From the NCBI RefSeq assembly GCF_009914755.1, contig NC_060938.1: a stretch of 64,000 nt of DNA. The stretch is one strand, 5' to 3'. The translations under genes were made by a program, and so were the position numbers. Each line of letters begins with the position of its first letter. The first letter of the stretch is position 1. The notes beneath the pieces are model-generated. The model was not told where the DNA came from, did no database searches, and saw only the letters and a program-made list of their open reading frames with translations. Source of the DNA: the human T2T-CHM13v2.0 reference genome, Homo sapiens. Below are positions 23,914 to 35,969 of this stretch, one piece after another.

Positions 23914-24226
23914 TTTTGTTTTGTTTTGTTTTGTTTTTTGAGACGGAGTCTCGCTCTGTTGCCCAGGCTGGAGTGCAGTGTCACGATCTCGGCTCACTGC
24001 AAGCTCCGCCTCCCGGCTTCATGCCATTCTCCTGCCTCCGCTTTCGAGTAGCTGGGACTACAGGTGCCCGCCACCACGCCCAGCTAATTTTTCGTATTTT
24101 TTTTTTTTAATAGAGATGGGATTTCACCGTGGTAGCCAGGATGATCTTGATCTCCTGACCTCGTGATCCGCCCACCTCAGCCTCCCAAAGTGCTGGGATT
24201 ACAGGCGTGAGCCACCACACCTGGCC
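23914..24226 (-). mobile_element. AluY-like
   Basis: 'gcaagctccgcctcccgg..ttcatgccattctcc'; TSD aaatgtctg (23905-23913/24227-24235). Confidence 0.95.
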
Positions 24227-24851
24227 AAATGTCTGATTTTTGTTTGGTTTCAGTTTACAACATTTTTCTTTGCTTGTATTATTATCACTGTTTTTAATAT
24301 TGATTAGAAACAAATAGTGCCTTGAACAGTAGATATTTGACTACCATTCTGCTACTGAAATGGCCTCCCAGTGTCCAATGGTTCATTTAAAATAGAAGAA
24401 AATGTAGTTCTACTAAAGATTTCCATAAAATTATTTATAAAAAATTTAGGATGTCTTCAATGAAATGTGTGAAAATATACAGAATTTACTTTAATGCAGT
24501 GCTTAAATTGAACCAGTCAGCCAAACTGACTTCTAAATAAGCAGCTGATGGATATATATATAGAGAGAGATAGATATGTAGATATATAAATACATAATTT
24601 ATTAATCAAATGATTGCAGTGTTAAGTAAACAACTAGTACTTTGCAATGTAAAAGCACATTACAGTTTACAAAATATGCCTACATGGCTTCAATTCCAGT
24701 ATAAGTTACTATGTCACTAAATGCCACTTTTGGAATCCAAATTTATCCACAATTTCCCCAACCTTTGCATTAGCAAAGCAGCTCTTACAACATTGGCCCT
24801 CAAAGAGCCTCATCTGCCACAAATAAATCAGCTCTTCAAGACAACAGAGCA

Positions 24852-27537
24852 ATATGACTGAGCCACAGCTAGTATCATACTGAATGAAGAAAAACCGAAA
24901 GCCTTTCCTCTGAGATCTGGAACAAGACAAGTATGCCCACTTTTACCACTGGTACTGAACATAGAACTGGAAGTCCTAAGTAGGGAAATCATACAGGAGG
25001 AAAAAATGAAGGACATCAAAATTCAAAAAGAAGAATTCAAGTTATAGTTGCTTGCAAATGATATGATTTATATTTGGAAAAACCTAAAGACTCCACAAGA
25101 AAACTATTAGAACTGATAAATTCAGTAAATTTGCAGGATACAAAATCAACATACAAATATCAGTAGCATTTCTATATGCCAACAGTGAACAATCTACAAA
25201 AGAAATCATGAAAGTAATCCCATTAACAATAGCTACAAATAAAATGAAACTCCTAGGAAGAAACTTAATCAAAGAAATAAAGATGCCACAATGAAAACTA
25301 TAAAACATTGATGCAAGAAATTGGAGAAAACACAAAAAAAGTAAAGATATTCCATCTTCATGAATTGGAAGACTGAATATTGTTAAAATGTCCATGCTAC
25401 CCAAAGCAGTCTACAGATTCAATGTAATTATTGTCAAAATACCAATGACATTCTTCACAGAAATAGAAAAAAAATTTCTAAAATTTATATGGAACTGCAA
25501 AAGACTGAGAATAGCCAAAGTTATCCTGAGCAGAAAGAACAAAACTGGAGGAATCACATTATCTGATAATATGGTTTCGCTCTGTGTCCCCACTCACATC
25601 TCATCTTGAATTGTAATCCCCATAATCGCCACATGTCCAGGGAGAGACCTGGTGGAAACGACTGGATCATAGGGGCAGTTATCTCGATGCTGTCTTCATG
25701 ATAGTGAATTCTTATGAGATCTGATGGTTTTATAAGTGTTTGACAGTTCCTCCTTCACATACTCTTTCTTGCCTGCCACCATGTAAGATGTGCCTGCTTC
25801 CCCTTCTTCCATGATTGTAAGTTTCCTGAGGCCTCCCCAGCCATGCAGAACTCTGAGTCAATTAAACCTCTTTTCTTTATAAATTACCCAGTCTCGGGCA
25901 CTTCTTTATAGCTGTCTGAGAATGGACTAATACACCTGACTTCAAAGTATACTACAGAGCTAGAGTAACCAAAACGGCATAGTAATGGCATAAAAACAGA
26001 CAGATAGACCAATGGAACAGAATAGGGAACCCAGAAATAAATCCATACATCTACAGTGAACTCACTTTTGACAAAGGTGCCAAGAGCATACATTACAAAA
26101 AGGATGGTCTCTTCAATAAATGGTGCTGAGAAAACTGGAGATCCATATGCAAATTAATAACATTAATCCCTAGACCCCTATCTCTCATCATTTACAAAAG
26201 TCAAATCACAATGAACTGAAGACGTAAATCTGAGACCTCAAACTATGAAACTAATGAAAGAGAACAATGGGGGAATTCTCAGGGCCATTGGTTTGGGCAA
26301 AGATTTATTGAATAACACCCCACAAGCAAAGGCAAATAAAGCAAAAATGGACAAATTAGATCACACACAGTTAAAAATCTTATGCACAGCAAAGGAAACA
26401 ATCCACAAAGTTAAGAGACAATCCACAGAATGGATGAAAATATTTACAAACTATCCATCTGAAAGGGAGTAATAACAAGAATATATAAGGAGTTCAAACA
26501 ACTGTACAGGAAAAAATCTAATAATCTAAAAATCTGATAATCATTAAAATAGGCAAAAGATATGAATAGATATTTCTCAAAAAAAGACATATGAATGGCC
26601 AACAGGTATATGAAAAGATTCTCAACATCATTGATCAGAGAAATACAAATCAAAACTACAATGTGATATCATCTCACCCTTGTTAAAGTGGCTTTTATCC
26701 AAAGGACAGGCAATAATGAATGCCTATTGTTTGGATAAAAGGGTGTGGAGAAAAGGCAACCCTCATACACTGTTGGTGGAGATGTAAATTAGTACAGGCA
26801 TTATGTAGAACAGTATAGAGTTTCCTCAAAAAACTAACAATAGAACTATAGTATGACAGCAATCTCACTTCTAGGTATATACCCAAAAGAAAGGAAATCA
26901 GTATATTGAAGCTATATGTGAACTTATGTGTTTATTACAGCACTATTCACAATGGCCAAGATTTGGTAGCAACCTAAGTGTCCATAAGCAAACTAGCGGA
27001 TACAGAAAATATGGATACATATACCCAATGGAGTACTATTCAACTATAGAAAAGAATAAGATCCTGTCATTTGCAATAACATGGATGGAGGTCATTATGT
27101 TAAGTGAAATAAGCCAGGCACAGAAAGACAAACTTAGCATGTTCTCACTTATTTGTGGAAGGTAAAAATTAAAACAATTAAACTCATGGAGATAGAGAAT
27201 AGAAGAATGGTTACTGGAGACTGGGAAGGGCAGCAGAGGTGTGGGGGACAGTGAGGATAGTTAATGGGTACAAAAATATAGTTAGAGAGAATGAACAAGG
27301 TCTAGTATTTGATAACACAACAGAGTGACTACAATCAACAATAACTTATTGTATGTTTTTAAATAGCTAAAAGAATATAATTGGAATGTTTGCAACTTTA
27401 ATATAAATGCTTGAGGTCATGTATATCCCATTTACCCTGATGTGATTATGCACTGTATGCCTGTATCAAAATATTTAGTATACCCCATAAATATATAAAT
27501 ATACCTGCAACGTACCCATATTTTTTTAAAAAAAAGA
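24852..27537 (+). mobile_element. 5'-truncated L1MA-type element (ORF2 3' part + 3'UTR)
   Basis: L1 ORF2 peptides ([23 protein letters not shown]); perfect 14-bp TSD aagacaacagagca (24838-24851/27538-27551). Confidence 0.92.
25567..25934 (+). mobile_element. THE1D/MST-like solo LTR inside the L1
   Basis: taatatggtttcgctctgtgtcccc...aatggactaataca; TSD tctga/cctga. Confidence 0.9.
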
Positions 27538-30500
27538 AAGACAACAGAGCACTCACATTCTTTGCTCATTTGTATTTCATGGAAAAGGGAGATGAAGGGA
27601 AGTCTATGTCATGTGGAAAAAGTGATATAAGGTCCAGGTAATGAAGGTGATCAACTGACTGCAATGAGATAAAAATTGACCCCTGCCCCACTTCTAGTTC
27701 CTTCTCTGCCCATTTTGACTGGGAACTTAAGATATTGGCTGGTACTTGCATTTTTGATAATTCAAGGACACCAGTTGTTCATGAACCCCACTTTAAAAAA
27801 CATGGCGATAAAATGGTATTGAAGAGTGACTAACTGCATTATAACCAGAGAAGATAGAGGGATGTGAATATACAAATGCCTTCACCCACAAATTTTTAAA
27901 TTAATTTTATATAAAGTCATAACTCTTTTTAAAACACAGGAATCAAGTTCACATTTTCCATGCTGCAGAAAGGATTAAACATGTAGGGCAGTTTATAGCT
28001 ATTTATTGCCTCCTGAACATCAGCTTGATTGATGTTAGTATATTAACCCAGGTAAGCAAGTTTTAAAGCAAGGAAAAAAAAATGGTTTTGCTATTGTCTA
28101 TTTTACTCAACCACAGCAGAAAAGAGAGGGAAAAATTATTAGTATTGCAAAGTGCTGAGGAGAAAACATATTTACCCATCTATAAACCCTTTTTCAAGGT
28201 TTTTGGTTTTTTTTTTATTTTAAAACAGCATTATTGATCAGGTTGTACTAACTTTGCCTTTTGGAAACTTATTTAAAAAAAGACATTTCAGTTGCCATGA
28301 TCTAAAGTAATGTTTACCACTATGGTTTACATTTAACATATTGTAGTAGTTATTTTTTAAATTATTTTATTTTGTCATGTAGAGATACTGTGTGTTTTTT
28401 TTTATTTGAACTGGTTAGCTCTATAAATTCCTCACTTAAGCTTTCCAAATGGACCATTCTTTTTAAAAAGCCTATAAACAAATAAATAACATAAGAAGAA
28501 TAAAATAATGAGCTCAAAGTGAAATAAGGAAATAAATATTACAGAAGGTTGGAGTAGAGCACCAGTGAAATAAAAGTGTAAATTTCAGTTTCCCAGCCTA
28601 ATAAAAAATTAGTATAAATGCCTATTTTATTGATCTTTAAGACTCTAAAATACTCTAGAGGAAACTGAATCCAAATTTTATTCCAAAAGTAAAAATAATA
28701 AATAGTTAGTAAAAAATTTACCAAACATGATAGTAGAATCTCTCATTTCTATTTTTGGGAAGAGGAAAAGTTTATGGTTCATTTTAATTTTACATTGTTT
28801 CCTATCAATATGTATCTCATTTTTTTTGGAAATGATTTGGATTCTATGGATATGTTGTCATGAATGAGACTTTTCTTGATGGAAAATGAAGTCATCATGT
28901 TAGAAGAGTCCCTTTGAGGAAATCAGTTATCTCCTTACTTGCAAGTGGCATACATTTTCTAGATTTTCTTAAAAGTTAGGCTTAAATATTTCCGGAAATA
29001 GATATTTCACCCTAGCAACCACCTCCCTTGCAATCAGTGCTGCAAAAGGGAAGAACAGAGTCTTTATAGTCAAAGAGATCTGAGTGGCTGGAAGGAAAAA
29101 ATATTCCAACAGGAAACAAAAGTGAAACATGTAGGAAGAGATAGGATTGAAAGAAACGAAGGTAAAGGAAAGAAGAGAGAGAGAGAGAATAGAAAAAGAT
29201 ATGTGTTGTTATGAAATTAACAAAATCTAATTTTAATATTTATTTATATTTACGTTTTTCCCAAAAGCTTTACTAGGGCCAGAATACTTAGAACTATCAA
29301 TGCCTATTAAATTTTTAGGAAAAAATAACCTATTGAGATTATTACTGGCATTTCAAATAAAACTAGACTTACATTTCATTCATATTTAAAAAGTAATGTA
29401 AACTTTTATAAAATATCTACCACTCTGTTTTAGAACTCAACAGCTTATGGATGAAGAAATGGTTTATCACATGATTTTCTTGGAGAAGGATAAGCCAAAC
29501 CTTAATGCCTTATTAAAGTGATTTTCTTAACTAATTTAATTGCTGCACAGTAACTTTTTAATCTCTCACATCAGAAATTATCCACAAATCCAGTAATATA
29601 GGAATCTGCCAGTCAATTTTTACTATATTTTGACAATTTTCTCTTTTAGAAATGTGACAATAAAACTACAACCTATAAGGAAGACTGCTTCTAGTAGCAT
29701 ATTTTACCTACACTGGGTAAATTATTGCCTTTCCAGTAGAGAGAGAATGAAAAATCCTTTTGCTTAAAATATCACCTGCAGTCATTCAACCTTGCAAAAT
29801 CCCTTCCTGAATGAGATGTATTTATTCAGGTTTTCACTGTAGTGAATTGAGTCAGGATTAAGAGTTCTACAGAAATTTCAATGACACAAAAAGGCATGGT
29901 TCCTTATCCTTGTAGAATCATGCAGTGACATGTAGTGGTGTTAGTTGTAGGACCTTGTAAACTTAATTTCTAAAATTGGTGAAGTGCTGGTTTTGTGTCC
30001 AGTGTGCTTAGGGCATAATAATAGGCTGTCTTCACCTTTCAAGAACTCTGAGCCTTTCACATTTTAGTTGTGAATGTGTAAGTGTACTTGTGCATGAAGG
30101 CTAACTACACTGCATGTCTTTATAAAAAGAGAAGCAGAAGCCAAGTAGAAAATCATTTAAATTTATTTCCTGGAGACACAGTAGGGCAGCATATAATGCC
30201 TAAAAGCTCTCCTGTCTTCTATGCTGTTGTATCACATTAAATAAATTTTAGGAGCTGACGAAGGCTTTTCAGTGCCAATCAACAATCAGAGAAAGAGGCG
30301 TTGCTATTGACAACTGGGAAAGTTGTGGTGCTGAATTGCAGAAGCTGTCTTTTAAAGGGTTCCAGCCGTCATCATCACATCAGTGAAGCATATTAATCTG
30401 CTCCACATTGCTTGAAAAGGTGTAGGTAATTACCTTCTCTACTCCACAATGTTTTCACAGAAATCTTTCATGAGATGATATTGTTTAGTGGGAAACAACA

Positions 30501-33269
30501 GCTAACTTTTCCAACTAGGGGGGAGAAAGGATATATATGGCTCATAAAAAGCTGACATCCTTTTAGTTAGTGGTTTCCAGAATTTGAATAATCACCAAAT
30601 ATGTAACTCATGTGCCTTATGCAGTATACAACCTGAACAACCATACTTGCCAGCCCTAGAGACTAACTTAAGTTGTTATGATTACTGTTGTTGTTATTAT
30701 TATTTAACAATAGGAGGCAATTTTTAAAAAATATGTTACAATTTCATAAAGACAATTTGGCCATGAACACCCAAAATAGGAAGTACATAATCTCAGAATG
30801 AAACACAGACTTACTTTTAAATTAAATAATTTTAGATTCAAGAAAAACTCACTGCATTACCCTTATAGCACATTGTCATTACATGACAAACTAGTAAAAG
30901 AAAGTTCTTATTATCTTTCATAAATTCGAGTTTGGAAAATAAAATTTGCTTTTAATTATTATTTTATAGAAAGCAAAAAGGCCTTTTAACATTTGGTGAA
31001 AATCAAGATTTATCATTTCTGTAGCATGTGGCTATGTCCCTAAAAGAGTGACTTAACCTGCGGCTGCCAAAATCAGTGACAGATTTTGACACAAGCTGTG
31101 AAAGAAGCATCTGTGTGACTAATGGCCTGGCTCATACATTCACTTGGTGGCCAGGTGCCAGTATTTTATCTGGATGGTTTGCTTCAGACTCAGATGATTC
31201 TACTTTAATAACTCCTGAATGAGACTCTGAAAACAAAGTAATTCCTGTGGATTATATATCCTTATCATCTCCAGAATGTATCTCCTTCTCACTCATCCCA
31301 TTGACAAATGCTTCTCTTTTCAATTCCCCAGAAAGACTCTTCCCTTAGTGGAGGCCCAGAAGAAATAAAAAGTGGGTCACCAGAGGTGGAATGTCTGAGC
31401 CCCAGACAGACAATGACAAAAGAGTGAGACATGATAATATGACCTGGATTTCTATGAAATGTCATTTAAGCGTGGATTTAACTGTGGACCCAAAGCATTA
31501 TGCTCTACAAATGGAGTGAGTTCATCTTCTTTTTCCAGGAACTACTGTCCTTCCAGACTCGACTGATCAGCTTTCCTTTGAAGATTTTCCTTATCTTTCT
31601 CCATCCAACTCGGAACAAAGGGTAAATCAGGTAAAATCAAACAAGGTGAAGCCAGGCATGTAATTAGCTCTCAAAATATATGTTGTAAACTCCTGCATGC
31701 TTTCCAGAAATGGTTTACAACTTTAGTTTTATACTTGCTAGCAAATAAAGGCATTGGCAGGATCAGTAATGGTTCAGTGTCTACATGCTTATAAATATAC
31801 AAGTTGCAAAGAAGAACACGCTCATGGCTGGTACTCACATGAGAGAGAAGTTTCTCCTGTGGGCCCTCTTAAAGAAAAAAGTGTGTAATATAGTGAAGAA
31901 TCATTAAATGACAGTCTCACAGTAAACACAGTGGCTTTCAAAAATCTGTTTCTTCTAACATCACTCAGCATAAGCTTATGGCAAAATGCCACTCCACAAT
32001 TTAGTAAGCACATTCCCACAGGAACCAGAACAGTGTTACAGAATTTTTGCTTGCCTGGCTTAGACACGATAGATTTAAGAGGAGCTAGGTGAATGGACAG
32101 ACACCACGTCCTTCAGGCAATCTTTCATAAATATTGTTTCTCCCAGCTGAGCTTCTGATAAATGTTGAATGGCAGTGAGTTGAAGATTATATTCTCTGAC
32201 AAGTACCTGGAGTGAAGCTATTCTGTTTTTCCGGTTAAGTGCAAAGCCATATGTTTTAACAGCTCCTCAACCCAGAGGCCGGATTGACATTTTCTTATGA
32301 AAGTTGACAAGTCTGACAAGAACAAATGCTTGAAGAGAAAGCCACTCCATCTGCACATAGAGATAAACAAGGGAGTACCTACGGGAAGGGCCAAGATTCT
32401 TTTCAAAAAGCAATTACTCTCCTGCTCACAAAAAAAGGAATCATCAGAGTGCCGAAGATCGTTGCCATATGATAAGAGCATAATAATTTTAAGCTAGATT
32501 AATTTTAACGTTTTAACAAAATACCATGCCCATTTGCCAAAAAACAAATTTTGTTTCACCCTACTATTGCCATCTGTGTCCAAAAATATTTTATATCAAT
32601 TTGTTCCAAAGAGAGGAGAGTGTTCCTCAAACAAACAAAAAAATAGATTTTTTGTCAATTCTTCTAATGAGTGGGGCATTCATCATGATAAGGAAGTGAA
32701 GACCCGAAAAATGGCTGACTGTCTTCTTATACATGCTTGCTTAGGTTGCATATTACCCTTCTGAGAGAATCCCACCATTCCTCTCTCTTTTTCTTCTAAG
32801 TCTTTCTCCCATACACCTGAGGTAGGAGGATCTGAGAGAGTTCTGGCTAGTATCGTTGCCACCATAAAAATCCTGGTACAGGCAGATTAAGCTGGCTCTT
32901 CTCTTGCTTTAAGAAAAATATATTTTACTCTTCCTACTGTCACTATAAAGGGGCCAAAGGAGCTATCCATTTGTCAAGTCTAAGTCATCAAGTTCAACCA
33001 GGGATTTGGAACAAAAGCCTTTGCTGGGGGGCTGGCCCTTTACATACTTATTGCCCACAGAGCCTTAAAGACAATATATAGAGATATACCTGGGAAAATA
33101 CAATCATAATAGTGTTTGGCAGTGGTGAATAGTGAAATAACAGTGCCTAGGACTTGTAACCCCTTGGGAAAAGGCAAACTTACAAAAAATGTATCAAGAA
33201 ATAAAGTAATATAATTATCTATAATTTGAATGGAGTAAACAACTGTCCTCAGTAAGAATGAAGTGATGC

Positions 33270-34650
33270 CCTGATTTCAATAATGGACAGAACATTCAGA
33301 CAGAAAATCAATAAGGAAACAATGAACTTGAACACCACTGTAGACCAAATGAGCCTAACAGACATACGAAACATTCTACCCAGCATAAGCAGAATACACA
33401 TTATTCTCAAGCGCATATGGAATATTCTCCAGGACAGACCACAAAACAAGTCCTAACAATTTTAAGTAAATATACTTTAAGAGATTGAAATTATATCAAC
33501 ATATTTTCCAACCACAATAATATTAAACTAGCACGTAATAACATCAGGAAAATTATAAAATTTACAAATACCTGGAAATTACACATTACACACCTAAACA
33601 ACAAATAGGTCAAAGAAGAAAACAAAAAGAAAATCTGAAAAGATCCTGAAATAAATGGAAATAAAAATACAGCATACTATTACTTACTTAATAAAAGCAG
33701 TTTTAAGAGAGTTTATAGCAATAAACAAAAAACAAACAAAAAAACTATAGTTAGATACCACTTCACACTGTTATGATGACTGTTATCAAAACCAAACAAA
33801 GATAATAAAGGTTGGGGAGAATGTGAAGAAATTGAAGCACTTTTATACAGTTAGTGGGCATGTTAAATGGTGCAGCAGCTATTTAGTGCAGTATGGAGGT
33901 TCCTCAAAACATTAAAAATAAATCTATCATATGATCCAGCCATTCCACTTCTGGGTATATATTCAAAAGAATTGAAATCAGGATCTCAAAGAGATACCTA
34001 CACATCCATGTTCATTGCAGCATTATTCATAATAGCCAAAATATGAAAACCACCCCAAGTGGACATGGACAGAAGAATGGAAAAAGAAAATGTGGTATAT
34101 GTATACAATGGAAACTTATTCAGTCTTTAAAAAGACAGAAATCTTGCCATTTACAACAACCTGGATAAACCTGGTGGCTATTACCCTAAGGGAAATAAGC
34201 CAGGCATGGAAGGACAAATAGTCCATGATTCCACTTCTGAGTTATCTGTAACAGTCAAACTCATAGAAGCAGAGAATACAATAGTGGTTGGCAGGGGCTA
34301 GGAAGTGGAGAAAACGAGGTGTTCATTAGATATAAAGTTACACTTATGCCAGATAAATAAGTTCTAGAGTTCTTCTGTATTACGTATTGCCTGTAGTTAA
34401 TAAGATGGTATTGTGCACCTCAAAATTTGTTGAGTGTAGATTTCTTATTAAATATTCTTAACACACGCACATGCACACACACACACACAAGGGACGTAAG
34501 GAAACTGAGAGGTGTTGAATATGTCTATTACCTTGATTATGGTGGTGGTATCAGGAGTACTTTCATATATCCATACCTATTAAAGTATACACATTAAATA
34601 TGTGCAGTTCTCTGTATATCAATCATACCTCAATAAAGCTGTTTTTAAAA
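33270..34650 (+). mobile_element. Old L1 (L1MA/MB-like) with large internal deletion at ~33720-33745
   Basis: Endonuclease-region sequence (gacagaaaatcaataaggaaac) jumps to ORF2 end/3'UTR; ends 'atacctcaataaagctgttttt'. Confidence 0.8.
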
Positions 34651-34826
34651 TGAAGGAATGGAACAGAGATTAAATCCCATCAGAGGAGATCTACTCAGAC
34701 CGTTGATAAAGTTTATCTAATTTCTCTATACCTCAATAAAGCTGTTTTTAAAAATGAAGGAATGGAACAGAGATTAAATCCCATCAGATGGGCTCTACTC
34801 AAACAGTTGATAAAGTTTCTCTAATT
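34625..34826. repeat. Tandem duplication, period 103 bp
   Basis: Copies start at 34625 and 34728 ('atacctcaataaagctgtttttaaaa..tgataaagttt.tctaatt'). Confidence 0.93.
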
Positions 34827-35574
34827 GGCAAGACTATTAGGATTTATGAAAGCTTGGTCAGAAAAACTTTCACTGAGGTTATGTTTAGCTTGGGGTTTTA
34901 ATTACTTATGCAATATGAAGTATTATGAAGACATAACCAGAAAAGAAGCCGGGGTATATAAAGTCTGACACCATTCAATTTGGTTGGAAAAGTAGGGGGT
35001 AGGGAAGTTTCCTATTTTTTACAAATAAATTAATTTTAGAATCTCCCCCAGTAGACCCACAAACAGAAAAGCCATGTTCTAGAATTTGTCTACAGTACCA
35101 GTTTCATCAGCTAAACTCAGGTCTTACCACATAAATTTATCATACCAAAGTATTAGAAGAAAAGAGAATTTATAACAAAAGAAGAAGATGTTTATACATA
35201 TATAACTTACCACTTCTGAAAAGATGCACTAAAAAATGGTACCGCTAATGGAAACTAGGAAACTCTGGCTAATGATGCTTAATTTTAGTGGTTTAATTTT
35301 TGGCAATATTTAGTATTTATAGCATGCAAATATGACCTCCAATATTATTTGAGATTTTACAACAGGAATTAAATTTGAGGCTAAAAATTTTGGTTCCTCC
35401 GTCTAATTTTAATTTCACAAATGACCACACTAATCAAACCAGAGTTGAGTGGGGTTTTGTGCATGGTTGTTATTGTTTGTGGTTCTTATTTTGATACACG
35501 ACCTTTATCAATTTAGAGATTAGGATGCCACATTTCAAATTTCCTTCGCCACAGTATGGAAAGAATTAGTTTAC

Positions 35575-35599
35575 CTTTATTGACAGTCTGTCAATAAAG
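35575..35599. repeat. Perfect 12-bp inverted repeat with 1-nt spacer
   Basis: CTTTATTGACAG-T-CTGTCAATAAAG. Confidence 0.9.
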
Positions 35600-35627
35600 A
35601 GGGAAATAAAAGTCTACTCTTCATAGG

Positions 35628-35969
<342 letters not shown>

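Noticed and set aside
31138-31156. CTCF-like motif (minus strand TGGCCACCAAGTGAATG)
   Set aside because: Only the first half fits; the GGCGC part is missing.
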